DNA of 64,000 nucleotides from a bacterium (GCA_965207065.1 OZ242260.1:3232001-3296000), one strand, 5' to 3'; positions 52,756 to 61,638 are shown, counted from the stretch's first letter. Notes: generated by a model from the sequence alone, not told the origin. Numbers and translations: made by a program.

Positions 52756-53029
52756 AAAATCACTCCCCCCTTGAGGGGGAGTCGAGGAAGCCGAACCGAC
52801 AGGTGAAGGCTGACTCGGTGGGGGGTAAATCGCGTTTTATCGCCACTCCGAGTTATACCCCCCACCGAATCGCTTTCGGGCTTACGCCATCAGCTCTTCG
52901 TCGGTCTACCCGAGGAGGATAGACCGACCCTCAAGGGGGGAGTTGATTGAACCTGCTATCTTGGTGATGGCCCTCAAGGGGAGTGATTTTCTCTCTTGTC
53001 GGTCTGCAAGAACCCTCAAGGGGGAATGG
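52756..53029. repeat. Nested palindromic REP/MITE-like element
   Basis: AAAATCACTCCCCCCTTGAGGG (52756) is inverted against CCCTCAAGGGG... copies at 52928, 52971 and 53013; inner IR 52812-52827/52856-52871; hairpin GTCGGTCTA/TAGACCGAC 52900-52928. Confidence 0.75.
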
Positions 53030-53118
53030 TTCGGCCCGACCCGCAAGAGGGATTTCAACAACCCCTTGAATACCGGATTCAGCTGACACCCGGACCCCCA
53101 TCTGTAAGGAGAAACAAC

Positions 53119-54153
53119 ATGTCGTTCGAAGCCGTGCGCGTCGCCTCGATGGGGCTGGGCCGCTGGGCAAACGTGCTCGCAGACGCCGCGCTGCGCGGAG
53201 GCAAAATCCAAATCGTTTCTTGCTTCAGCCGCACGTCGGAGAAAAGGCGCGCCTTCATGGAGCGCTACGGCGCGCGCGAGGCGGAGAGCTTCGACGCGCT
53301 CCTGAGCGACGATGAAATAGAGGCCGTCATTCTCACGACGCCCAACCACAACCACAAGGAGCACATCGAGGCGCTGGCCGCGGCGGGCAAGCACGTCTAT
53401 TGCGAAAAGCCCATCGCGCACAGCCTGGAGCATTCCCGGGCCATCGTGGACGCGGCCGAGGGCGCGGGCGTCAAGCTGGCGGTGGGCCACAGCGCGCGCC
53501 GACTGGCCGTGTCGCGCCGCATGAAGGAGCTGATCGACTCAGGCGAAATCGGAAAAATCTCGATGAGCGAGAGCAACTTCTGCACCGAGCGGGGGCTGGA
53601 ACTCACGCCCGACAAGTGGCGCTCGAGCCGGGAGCTCAACCCCACCGGCGTGGTGATTCAGCTATCGATCCACCACATCGACACCTTCCGCTACCTGCAC
53701 GGGCCGATAAAGAGCGTCACGGCGAAGCTAAAGCGCGCCTACGCGACCGAGGACGTGGACGACACCTCGATGATGATCCTGGAGCATGAGAGCGGGGCGC
53801 TCTCCTACGTCGGCGGGGGCTGGGCGTGCCCCTGGGCGTTTCACATGAACGTGCATGGCACGAAGGGCGTGGCGCACTTCCGCATCACGGGCCAGCAGTG
53901 GCGCGACCCCTCGAAGGCGCCCGAACCCATCCGCCTTCACGTGGACAGGGACCCGCTGGGCGAAGACGCCGTATACGACATGCCCGAGGGAGACATGTTC
54001 CGCGACGCGCTGGAGGATTTCGCCGGCTGCGTGCGCGGGGACCGCGCGCCGGAGGTCGACGGCCGCGTAGCGCACGAGAACCTCGCCGTCGTGTATGCGG
54101 CGGACGCGAGCTCGCGTTTGGGCAGGACGGTGGAGGTGGGGGATTATTTGTGA
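53119..54153 (+). CDS. Gfo/Idh/MocA-family oxidoreductase
   Basis: GLGRWA, TTPNHNH, AGKHVYCEKP, IHHID; AGGAG before ATG at 53119. Confidence 0.92.
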   Translation: MSFEAVRVASMGLGRWANVLADAALRGGKIQIVSCFSRTSEKRRAFMERYGAREAESFDALLSDDEIEAVILTTPNHNHKEHIEALAAAGKHVYCEKPIAHSLEHSRAIVDAAEGAGVKLAVGHSARRLAVSRRMKELIDSGEIGKISMSESNFCTERGLELTPDKWRSSRELNPTGVVIQLSIHHIDTFRYLHGPIKSVTAKLKRAYATEDVDDTSMMILEHESGALSYVGGGWACPWAFHMNVHGTKGVAHFRITGQQWRDPSKAPEPIRLHVDRDPLGEDAVYDMPEGDMFRDALEDFAGCVRGDRAPEVDGRVAHENLAVVYAADASSRLGRTVEVGDYL

Positions 54154-54182
54154 GGGGCCTGATGGGACAGGGAAGGTTTTAG

Positions 54183-54550
54183 CGCGCATTTCCCCGCATT
54201 TGCCGGACTCTTTTTCCGCCGCTTCCACGATAAGCTCCAACCGCCCATTCATACGGGCGAACCCGGTGGCGTCGTCGGGCCTGTGCAGCAGATTCGAGAC
54301 GGAAGAGGGGGGTTCAAGCGATGAAATTCCCTGGAATCAGGACGGGAACCGTGAAATTCAAATGGATGAACAATCCGGTAAATATCGATAAATTTCCGGA
54401 AATGTTTATGGGTCAAACTATCAAAGAATTATCCCATGATGTAGCAAGTTGCCGGAATATATTAAAGTAATACATTAGGAAATTATCGAAATTTATCGAA
54501 TTAAAAAGTTTTTTGGGAGCCGCGCATCTCCCCGCATTACCCCGCATTTT
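54183..54550. repeat. AT-rich intergenic segment bracketed by direct repeats
   Basis: CGCGCAT(T/C)TCCCCGCATT at 54183-54200 and 54521-54538; 12-bp inverted repeat TCGATAAATTTC (54385) / GAAATTTATCGA (54488). Confidence 0.6.
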
Positions 54551-54565
54551 CTCTCAGGAGCGCCC

Positions 54566-55249
54566 CTACTCGTCCGGGTTGGGTTCGGGGAACTTCTCGG
54601 GCCAGTTGTCGATCAAAGACTGCAGGTAGGCCTTCATCTTGTCGGGATTCCCGCGCACGGATTTCTTGATCTTGTTCACCTCGCCCTCGTTCTCAATGGG
54701 GATGGCGAACGAATCCATGAAGCGGTTCATCATGCCCTGCTTGCCGCTCATGAGGGACATCTCGACGATCTCGCCGTCTGTGAAGCGCCGCTTCACTTCC
54801 TCGAGCACGCCCGGGTTCTCGCGCGCGGTGTTTCTCGTAAAATGCTCCGCCCACAGGCAGGCGGCGCGCTCGCGCGGACTTAAGAGCGGGGAGGTCATGT
54901 AATCGTCCGAGGCGATGGCCTCGATCTGCTCATCGGTGATTCCCGTCGCTTGACCAAGCGCCGTGTTGTGCGCGATTCAGTAGGCGCAAGCGTTCACGAA
55001 GCTCGTCTTCAAGACCACGATCTCCTTTATCTTGCACGTCAAAAGCCCGCCCATGCCCTCGCGCTGAAGCGTGGCGTTGAACGGGAGGTAGAAGCGCGCG
55101 ATGTAGGGCGTGTTCGCCAGCGCGAGCGCGGAATTGGGGATGCGCCCCAGAAACTCGCGCGTCGCCTCTAAAAAACGCGCCGTATCGCCCACCGCCTCAT
55201 CTGGGTTCAGCAACCGGATTTTGCTGGTTTCACTTGCCTGGTTCGTCAT
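54566..55249 (-). CDS. AhpD/carboxymuconolactone-decarboxylase-family selenoprotein (227 aa, Sec at TGA 54979-54977)
   Basis: ORFs 54977..55249 and 54566..54898 are in one frame joined by 26 open codons, giving KEIVVLKTSFVNACAY-U-IAHN (CxxU); SECIS-like hairpin follows. Confidence 0.88.
54944..54963 (-). promoter_or_regulatory. Putative bacterial SECIS element
   Basis: CGCUU-GGUC-AAGCG hairpin; its loop begins after 21 nt following the UGA. Confidence 0.75.
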
Positions 55250-55409
55250 GGCGTCCCTCTTTATGGGTTTCAGAATTTCGGGGGATTATAGGGAAACCCT
55301 CCGCCCTTGGGAACCAGAGCGCGAGGCGCGTTACGCGGAGCCGTCCGTTTTGATAACATGAACCATCACACCTGAAATTATTGAAACACGCATCTGAAAG
55401 GAGGGCCGC

Positions 55410-56054
55410 ATGGCCGATTTTGACCTCGAAATGACCGATAAACTTCTCTCCACGACGCGCTCGGTGCGCAAGCGCCTCGATTTCGATCGGGAAGTGCCGA
55501 GAGAGGTCGTGATGGATTGCCTGGAACTCGGCCTGCAGGCCCCCACGGGTTCGAACCGGCAGGGCTGGCGCTGGCTCGTGGTGACGGACGAGGGTATGCG
55601 CCGTGAACTCGGGCGGCTCTACCGCAAGGGAGGGGACGAATATCTCGCGCAGGGCCTGGCGCAGGCGCGCGAGAGCGGGGCCGCGCAGGATGAGCGGGTG
55701 TTCGATTCCGCCATCCATCTGGCCGAGAACATCGAGCGCGCCCCCGTTCACGTGATCCCCTGCATCCAGAATTTCCTGCCCGAAAACCCGCCGAGGTTCA
55801 TGTGGGCGGGCCTTATGGGTTCGATCGTACCTGCGGTGTGGAGTTTTCAATTAGCACTCAGATCGCGCGGTCTGGGTTCGGTGTTCACCACCCTGCACCT
55901 GCGCTGTGAGGCGGAAGCGGCGGAACTCCTCGGCGTGCCGGATGAATTCATGCAGGTGGCGCTCATCCCTGTGGCCTACACGCTGGGGACGAACTTCAAG
56001 CCCGCCGAGCGCCGCCCGCTCGATGAGATTGTGCACATGAACAAATGGGGGTGA
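55410..56054 (+). CDS. Nitroreductase-family flavoprotein
   Basis: TTRSVRKRL, APTGSNRQGW, LALRSRGLGS. Confidence 0.9.
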   Translation: MADFDLEMTDKLLSTTRSVRKRLDFDREVPREVVMDCLELGLQAPTGSNRQGWRWLVVTDEGMRRELGRLYRKGGDEYLAQGLAQARESGAAQDERVFDSAIHLAENIERAPVHVIPCIQNFLPENPPRFMWAGLMGSIVPAVWSFQLALRSRGLGSVFTTLHLRCEAEAAELLGVPDEFMQVALIPVAYTLGTNFKPAERRPLDEIVHMNKWG

Positions 56055-56090
56055 GGGAGTGTTCGACCAAAATGCTCAATGATTTACAGT

Positions 56091-56165
56091 TGGTGACCCC
56101 TAGGGGACTCGAACCCCTGTTACCGGCGTGAGAGGCCGGTGTCCTGACCGCTAGACGAAGGGGCC
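56091..56165 (-). tRNA. tRNA-Glu (anticodon CTC), CCA encoded
   Basis: GGCCCCT/AGGGGTC acceptor stem, CCGGC-CTCTCAC-GCCGG anticodon arm, GGTTCGAGTCC T-arm, 3' ACCA. Confidence 0.96.
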
Positions 56166-56285
56166 ATGAAGCGGTGTCCGCCCGCATCACGCATAGGCGC
56201 GATGACGAGAGACGGGAAGGGTAGTCTCATCGCTTTTTCGCGTCAAGTGTTCGCGCGCAATCCATCTTGCTGTTTGGCCGTCTTA

Positions 56286-57530
56286 TCAACGGAAAGAGCA
56301 GGGCGGCAAGTTGCTCATCGAGGGATGCACGCGCCTTTTGCCCCTGTGCTGCAGACCGAGGCTCATCTGCGTGGCGAGCACGGGTTCGGGCCCCAGGCGT
56401 TTGCCGCGCAGCATGAGCCAGCCCGCCGCTGATTTGCGGATGCGGCCCATGCGCGTCAGATCCCTGAAATCGCGAATGTGCGCCTTTTTGCGCACCTCGA
56501 CCAGGCGCTTCGCCCAGGTGGGGCCGACCCCCGGCACGCGCATGAGCGTCCGGGGGTCCGCCGTCATGATCTCCACCGGAAACTGCGAGAGATTCCGCCT
56601 CGCCCACGTCGTTTTCGGGTCTTCATCTAGGGCCAGGTTTCCTTCCGAGGCGGGAATCTCATCCAGCCCGAAGTCATATTCGCGCAGGAGGTGCTCCGCC
56701 TGATAAAGCCTGTGCTCGCGCGTCTTGGAGACAGACGGCACCCCGTCCATCGGGGTGTCCTCCACGGGTTTGAAGGCGCTGAAGTGGGTGTGGCGCAAAA
56801 GGCCCTTTTTCTGGAGCGAGTGGGAAGATTTGAGCACGTCCATATCGCTCTCCCCGCTGGCGCCGACGATGAACTGCGTCGTCACGCCGCCCTTGATGAG
56901 GCCCGTTCTCTCAAAAAACGATTCGCGCGCCAGCTCCCCCACATAACGGAGGGCGGGTTTGAGGTCTGATTCCAGCTTTTTCTCGGGCGCCATGGCGTGG
57001 AGACCCCGCTGGGTGGCAGCTTCGAGGTTCACTGATAGCCTCGTGGCTATCTGGGCTGCGCGGCCGAGCTGGGAATCCTCCACTCCCGGCAGCATTTTCA
57101 AGTGGATATAGCCGTTAAAATGATGCTTGAAGCGCAGGATTTCCGCCGTGGCGATCATCCTGTCCACGCCCGTGACGCCGCTGCCCGGAATCCCGCTGGT
57201 GAGGAAAAGCCCCTCGGCGCGGTTTCTCTTCCTGAGCGCCATAAAGGTGCCGGCCAGCTCCTCGGGGCTGAAGGAGTGGCGCGGCATGTTGCGAGAAGCG
57301 CGCATGGGGCAGTAGTGGCAGTCGTAGCTGCAGGCGTTCGTCATCATGGTGGAGAGAAGCGGCATGATGCGCCCGCCCTTGAAGGGGACCGGAAATATCG
57401 CCGGCGTGTCCGAAGCCAGGAACTTGCGGCGATATTTGGGGTGTTTCCGCACCCCGGGCGGGCCCTCCCTGTCATCAAAGGATTGTCCGCCGAGTATGGC
57501 CAGTTTGTGGAGGGTTTTTTCCGTCACCAT
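56286..57530 (-). CDS. Putative DNA modification/repair radical SAM protein (TIGR03916-like) with HhH motif
   Basis: TNACSYDCHYC, EGLFLTSG, YIHLK, RLSVNLE, REHRLYQA, DPK, RVPGVG. Confidence 0.85.
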   Translation of the reverse strand: MVTEKTLHKLAILGGQSFDDREGPPGVRKHPKYRRKFLASDTPAIFPVPFKGGRIMPLLSTMMTNACSYDCHYCPMRASRNMPRHSFSPEELAGTFMALRKRNRAEGLFLTSGIPGSGVTGVDRMIATAEILRFKHHFNGYIHLKMLPGVEDSQLGRAAQIATRLSVNLEAATQRGLHAMAPEKKLESDLKPALRYVGELARESFFERTGLIKGGVTTQFIVGASGESDMDVLKSSHSLQKKGLLRHTHFSAFKPVEDTPMDGVPSVSKTREHRLYQAEHLLREYDFGLDEIPASEGNLALDEDPKTTWARRNLSQFPVEIMTADPRTLMRVPGVGPTWAKRLVEVRKKAHIRDFRDLTRMGRIRKSAAGWLMLRGKRLGPEPVLATQMSLGLQHRGKRRVHPSMSNLPPCSFR

Positions 57531-57566
57531 GATTGTTCTCCCCGTTCGATTTGGTATGAGGGAGAA

Positions 57567-57595
57567 AATATATACGAATATAATACGAAAATCAA
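57567..57595 (-). promoter_or_regulatory. sigma70 promoter with a direct-repeat operator in the spacer
   Basis: Minus strand reads TTGATT-[TTCGTA TTATA TTCGTA]-TATATT with a 17-nt spacer. Confidence 0.55.
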
Positions 57596-57806
57596 GAAAT
57601 ATTTTAGATTACACTGTAATAGGTTTATTTATATATATTTATGCCAGGAATTGTGAAGTAGAAGATGATGAACAAAGTGAAGCAAAAAAGGTTAATTTCG
57701 CTTTTTTGCGTGAAAAGAATACTGGTTAGAAATTGCGGGATAATTCAGGAACATCCCTCGGGAAATGCCAGGAAATACGAACGCTCAGGCGGGAAATTCA
57801 GCCCCC

Positions 57807-59057
57807 TCAGGCGCCGTTTTTTCGCCAGGATGCGCGTGCCCGCTTGAAGGCCTCGATATCGGGCGGAATGCGGCCCGGCCTGCCGAGGGCCTCGCTCGCC
57901 ACTTCCGTCGCGTTCTTGCCCGTGCCCGTGCCGATGCAGACGATTACTTCATCGGCTTCAGGTCGTTCGGGCCGCTCGGCGCCCTCCATCAGACTCGCCA
58001 CGGAAGCCGCCGAGGCCGGTTGCAGGAAAAGACCCTCACGTCCGGCGATCTGGAACTCGGCTTCCAGGTTCATCGCATCGTTCACGAGCACGCCGTGGCC
58101 TTCGGAGCGCCGCACAACTGCGGCCACGCGCTCGCCCGCGCCGGGGGAGGGACTCGTGAGGCCGGCTGATTTCGTGCGCACCTCGCCCCAGGGCTCGACC
58201 TTCCCGCCCGTATGCAGCGCCTTGACGATGGGCGCACAGCCGTCGACCTGCACGATGTCGATGGCCGGCATCCTGTCTATCCAGCCCAGCGCCAGCAGTT
58301 CGCGGAATCCCTGGTCCATAGCGAGCGCCATCGTGCCGCCCGCCGTGGGGCAGACGACGCGGTCGGGCGCGCGCCAGCCGAGTTTTTCGGCGATCTCATA
58401 GGCAGCCGTTTTCTTGCCCTCGATTCTGTACAAATTCCGGGGGAGGGTGGCGTGCAAACAGCCGAGTTCCTTGGATACTTCTTCTGCGAAGCGCCCGCCC
58501 GTGCCCTGATCGCCCTCGATGATAAGCGTGAATGCCCCGTAAGCGCCGACTTGTAGGCAATGGACGGCGGAGCTGTCGTCGCGCACGAAGCCGATGAACT
58601 CAATGCCTCCCCGCGCGCAGTAGGCGCTGAAACAGGCGGCGGCGTTGCCGGATGAGGGCAGCACGATGCGGTCGACCCCCACCTCCCTGCACTTGCTGAT
58701 GGTGACGGAACCGCCCCTGTCCTTGAACGAGCCCGTGGGGTTTCTCGATTCATCCAGGATGTAGAGGTTTTTGTAACCGAGAGACGTTCCCAGCCTTTCC
58801 GCATGGATGAGAGGGGTGTCGCCCTCGACGAGCGAGACGACGTTCTTCTCATCGCGTACGGGCAAGAGTTCGCGCCAGCGCCAGATGCCCCGGGGTCTGC
58901 GGGCGACTTTGTCCCTGTCCACGTTCGTCTTTATCCACTCGACGTCGTAGCAGCCCTGCAGGTTCCCGCCCGTGTCTGGACAGGTGAAGGGGTGTTCCAT
59001 GTCGTCCACGATGTGTCCGGATTCGAGGCTCAAAAGGCCTTTCAGCGCGCTATGCAA
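57807..59057 (-). CDS. Threonine-synthase-like PLP enzyme (fold type II)
   Basis: EGDTPL, NPTGSFKDRG, SSGNAA, RIEGKKT, TGTGK. Confidence 0.8.
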   Translation of the reverse strand: MHSALKGLLSLESGHIVDDMEHPFTCPDTGGNLQGCYDVEWIKTNVDRDKVARRPRGIWRWRELLPVRDEKNVVSLVEGDTPLIHAERLGTSLGYKNLYILDESRNPTGSFKDRGGSVTISKCREVGVDRIVLPSSGNAAACFSAYCARGGIEFIGFVRDDSSAVHCLQVGAYGAFTLIIEGDQGTGGRFAEEVSKELGCLHATLPRNLYRIEGKKTAAYEIAEKLGWRAPDRVVCPTAGGTMALAMDQGFRELLALGWIDRMPAIDIVQVDGCAPIVKALHTGGKVEPWGEVRTKSAGLTSPSPGAGERVAAVVRRSEGHGVLVNDAMNLEAEFQIAGREGLFLQPASAASVASLMEGAERPERPEADEVIVCIGTGTGKNATEVASEALGRPGRIPPDIEAFKRARASWRKNGA

Positions 59058-59101
59058 GTGTGGTTCTCCTTCACGGTATTTGATGTGTTGATTGGAAAAA
59101 T

Positions 59102-60472
59102 CTAGGCGACCCCTTCTTCCTTCATGGTCTGCACACCCGCCCGGAAGGCGGCGAGGGTTTCCTCGATCACGTCGTCCGTGTGGCAGGCGCCTACGAGGGC
59201 GCGCGCGCCATTGAAGTCCACCCCGTGCAATATCAAGGCTTGCCTCAGTGCGCGGCTTTTCTGCGCGTTTTTGGAATCGAGACGCCGCCAGTCGATATCG
59301 CTCACGTCCTGATCCGCCCCGTCTCGCGGCGGGGCGTCGGCGTCAAACAAGATTTTCCAGTCGCTGTATTCGCCATAAACCAGCCAGGCTATCGCCTCCT
59401 GGGCGAGAATCTCGTTCATCCCGCATCGGATCTTTTGCGCCTGCGCGTTCACCATTTCAGTTGCCCGGCCGTCAGCCAGGGAGGAGAGCATGGCGACGCC
59501 TGCAGCGGAGGAAATGGGATTCGCGTTGAAGGTGCCGTGGTGGGCGATTTTCATGTGGCGATTCATTTCGGGGTCCGGCTTGGTGGCGAGGTATTCGAGA
59601 ACGTCCGCCCGGCCGACGACGGCTCCGCCCGGCAGGCCGCCTGCGAGTATCTTGGCGAGGCTCGTGAGGTCGGGCGTCACGCCATAATGCGCCTGCGCCC
59701 CGCCCGGCGATACGCGAAAGCCGGTAACCACCTCATCGAAGACAAGCAAGGCGCCCGCCTTTTGCGTCTCTTCCCTGAGGGCGGCCACGAAATCCTTTTT
59801 CATCGGGATGGTGCCGAAATGACCGCCCGTCGGCTCCAGGATGAGGGCGGCGACATCACCCGAAGCCAGCGCCCCCCGGACGGCTTCGATGTCGCCTGGA
59901 GGACAGACGGTGACGAGGTCCGTCACCACTTCCAGTTGACCCGCTTCGGGCTCGTTCGTGTAGGGGGCGCGCACGCCGATTTCGAGCCCCTCGTGCCAGC
60001 CGTGGAAGTGGCCCGCGAATTTTATTACGCGCTTCCTGCCCGTAAATGCGCGCGCGAGCCTGAGCGCCATGTGCGTGGCCTCGGTGCCCGAAGCCGTGAA
60101 GCGCACCCGTTCGGCGCACGGCACGAGACGCTGCACCCATTCGCCCCATTCCACCTCCGGCCTGTGACTGGCTCCGTAGTGCGAGCCATTCATCACGGCC
60201 TCGCTCACGGCGTCGCGGATGTGGGGCGGGTTGTGCCCGTAGAGGAGCGCGCCGTGGCCCATCCAGTAGTCGATGTAGCGGTTGCCGTCCACGTCCCACT
60301 TATAAGCGCCATCGGCGCGCTCGACGTAGATGGGGAACGGCTGCATCCTGCGGTTGTCGTGCGTCACCCCGTCAGGAAAAACCTCTTTCGCCCGATCATA
60401 TAAAGCGCGCGAGGCGGGCAGGGATTCGGCGTAGGCGTCCGCAAGCTTCGGGGTGTCCGTGGGCTGCTGCAT
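59102..60472 (-). CDS. Class III aminotransferase, GSA-aminomutase-like paralogue
   Basis: WDVDGNRYIDY, SGTEAT, FHG, FDEVVTGFR, AKILAGG, GTFNANP. Confidence 0.88.
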   Translation of the reverse strand: MQQPTDTPKLADAYAESLPASRALYDRAKEVFPDGVTHDNRRMQPFPIYVERADGAYKWDVDGNRYIDYWMGHGALLYGHNPPHIRDAVSEAVMNGSHYGASHRPEVEWGEWVQRLVPCAERVRFTASGTEATHMALRLARAFTGRKRVIKFAGHFHGWHEGLEIGVRAPYTNEPEAGQLEVVTDLVTVCPPGDIEAVRGALASGDVAALILEPTGGHFGTIPMKKDFVAALREETQKAGALLVFDEVVTGFRVSPGGAQAHYGVTPDLTSLAKILAGGLPGGAVVGRADVLEYLATKPDPEMNRHMKIAHHGTFNANPISSAAGVAMLSSLADGRATEMVNAQAQKIRCGMNEILAQEAIAWLVYGEYSDWKILFDADAPPRDGADQDVSDIDWRRLDSKNAQKSRALRQALILHGVDFNGARALVGACHTDDVIEETLAAFRAGVQTMKEEGVA

Positions 60473-60641
60473 AAAGTTCTCCGGAAGGGTGGGGTTCTGA
60501 AATTCGTCCGGGTCAACGCTACGCCCAAGCGTGCCCGAGCGTCAAGGCGGGGACGCCCCTTGTCAACTACTCACCAAATTGTCCATGATGCCGTGTTTTC
60601 CGAATTAGCAGTCGTTCTCTACTTCCGTATTGGAGGTTCTA

Positions 60642-61580
60642 GTGCCCAGCTACGATCATGCAAAAGTTTGGCTCAACGGAGAGGTGGTTCCGCCCGAGGA
60701 GGCCAAGATCAGCGTTTTCAGCCAGGCGGTCCTCAGGGGTTCGAGCATCTATGAGGGGATTCGCGCCTACTGGAGCGAGGAGAGAAACAACCTGTTCCTC
60801 TGGAAGATCGACCCGCACATCAGGCGGCTGTTCGATTCGATGCGGGTGATGCGGATGACGCCGCCCTATACGGCGGAGGAATTCAAGGACGCCGTGGTCG
60901 AGTGGATACGGGCGAACGAGTTCAAGGAAGACCTCCACTTCCGCTTGAACGTGTATTTCGACGACTCAGGACCCCTGGACATGAAGGGTTACGCGGCGGA
61001 CGAGGTGGACACCTGCGTCTTCATCAGCGGGGGGCCGAACAGCAACCGCAAGCGCCAGGAGCAGGGCGTGAACCTGTGCGTGAGCAGTTGGCGGCGCATC
61101 TCGGACGATTCCGTGCCGCCGCGCGTCAAGGCGTCCGCCAACTACCAGAACGGCAGGCTCGCGGGCGTCGAGGCGCGAATTAACGGGTATGACGATGCTC
61201 TTCTGCTCAATCAGGACGGCAAGGTGGCCGAGGGCACGGGCACGTGCATCATGATCGTTCGCGAGGGCAAGCTCATTACCCCGCCGGTGACGGCATCCAT
61301 CCTCGAGAGCATCACGCGAGACAGCGTGATCGAGATGTTCGGCAGGCACATCGGCCCCGAACCGGTGGAAAGGCCCATGGATCGCACGGAGATTTACGTG
61401 GCCGATGAGGCGATGATTTGCGGGTCGGCCGCCGAGGTCGCGCCCGTGCTGTCGCTTGATCGCATCGAAGTAGCAGACGGGAAACCCGGTGATATCACGC
61501 GAAGGCTGCAGGAGATATTCTACGCCGCCGCCCGGGGCGTGGATGAGACGTACGAGAAGGACATTATGCCCGTCTATTGA
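60642..61580 (+). CDS. Class IV (branched-chain-type) aminotransferase
   Basis: YEGIRAY, KASANY, EGTG, ILESITR; GGAGG before GTG at 60642. Confidence 0.88.
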   Translation: MPSYDHAKVWLNGEVVPPEEAKISVFSQAVLRGSSIYEGIRAYWSEERNNLFLWKIDPHIRRLFDSMRVMRMTPPYTAEEFKDAVVEWIRANEFKEDLHFRLNVYFDDSGPLDMKGYAADEVDTCVFISGGPNSNRKRQEQGVNLCVSSWRRISDDSVPPRVKASANYQNGRLAGVEARINGYDDALLLNQDGKVAEGTGTCIMIVREGKLITPPVTASILESITRDSVIEMFGRHIGPEPVERPMDRTEIYVADEAMICGSAAEVAPVLSLDRIEVADGKPGDITRRLQEIFYAAARGVDETYEKDIMPVY

Positions 61581-61638
61581 TGAAGCTGGAAGGAGCCGCC
61601 CGGGGAATGGGTGGCTCATGATTAGCGAATCAGGCGTT

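Noticed and set aside
52928-53029. Three CCCTCAAGGGG repeats at about 42-nt period as a mini CRISPR array
   Set aside because: The repeats are short and degenerate, pair with an inverted copy upstream, and no cas genes are present.
52906-53170. ORFs crossing the palindromic element, including the N-terminal extension of the 52996 ORF
   Set aside because: These are translated repeat sequence; the RBS supports the ATG at 53119.
54321-54470. 49-codon ORF (MKFPGIRTG...) in the AT-rich gap
   Set aside because: No recognisable motif and atypical composition; cannot be supported without expression data.
54380-54510. dif site or replication origin in the AT-rich patch
   Set aside because: No match to the XerC/XerD dif consensus and no DnaA-box cluster.
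54566-55249. Nonsense pseudogene reading of the AhpD-like gene
   Set aside because: The TGA sits at the catalytic Cys column, is followed by a SECIS-like hairpin, and there are no other lesions.
52650-56165. Genomic island integrated at the tRNA-Glu 3' end
   Set aside because: I found no duplicated tRNA 3' end (att site) and no integrase in the window.
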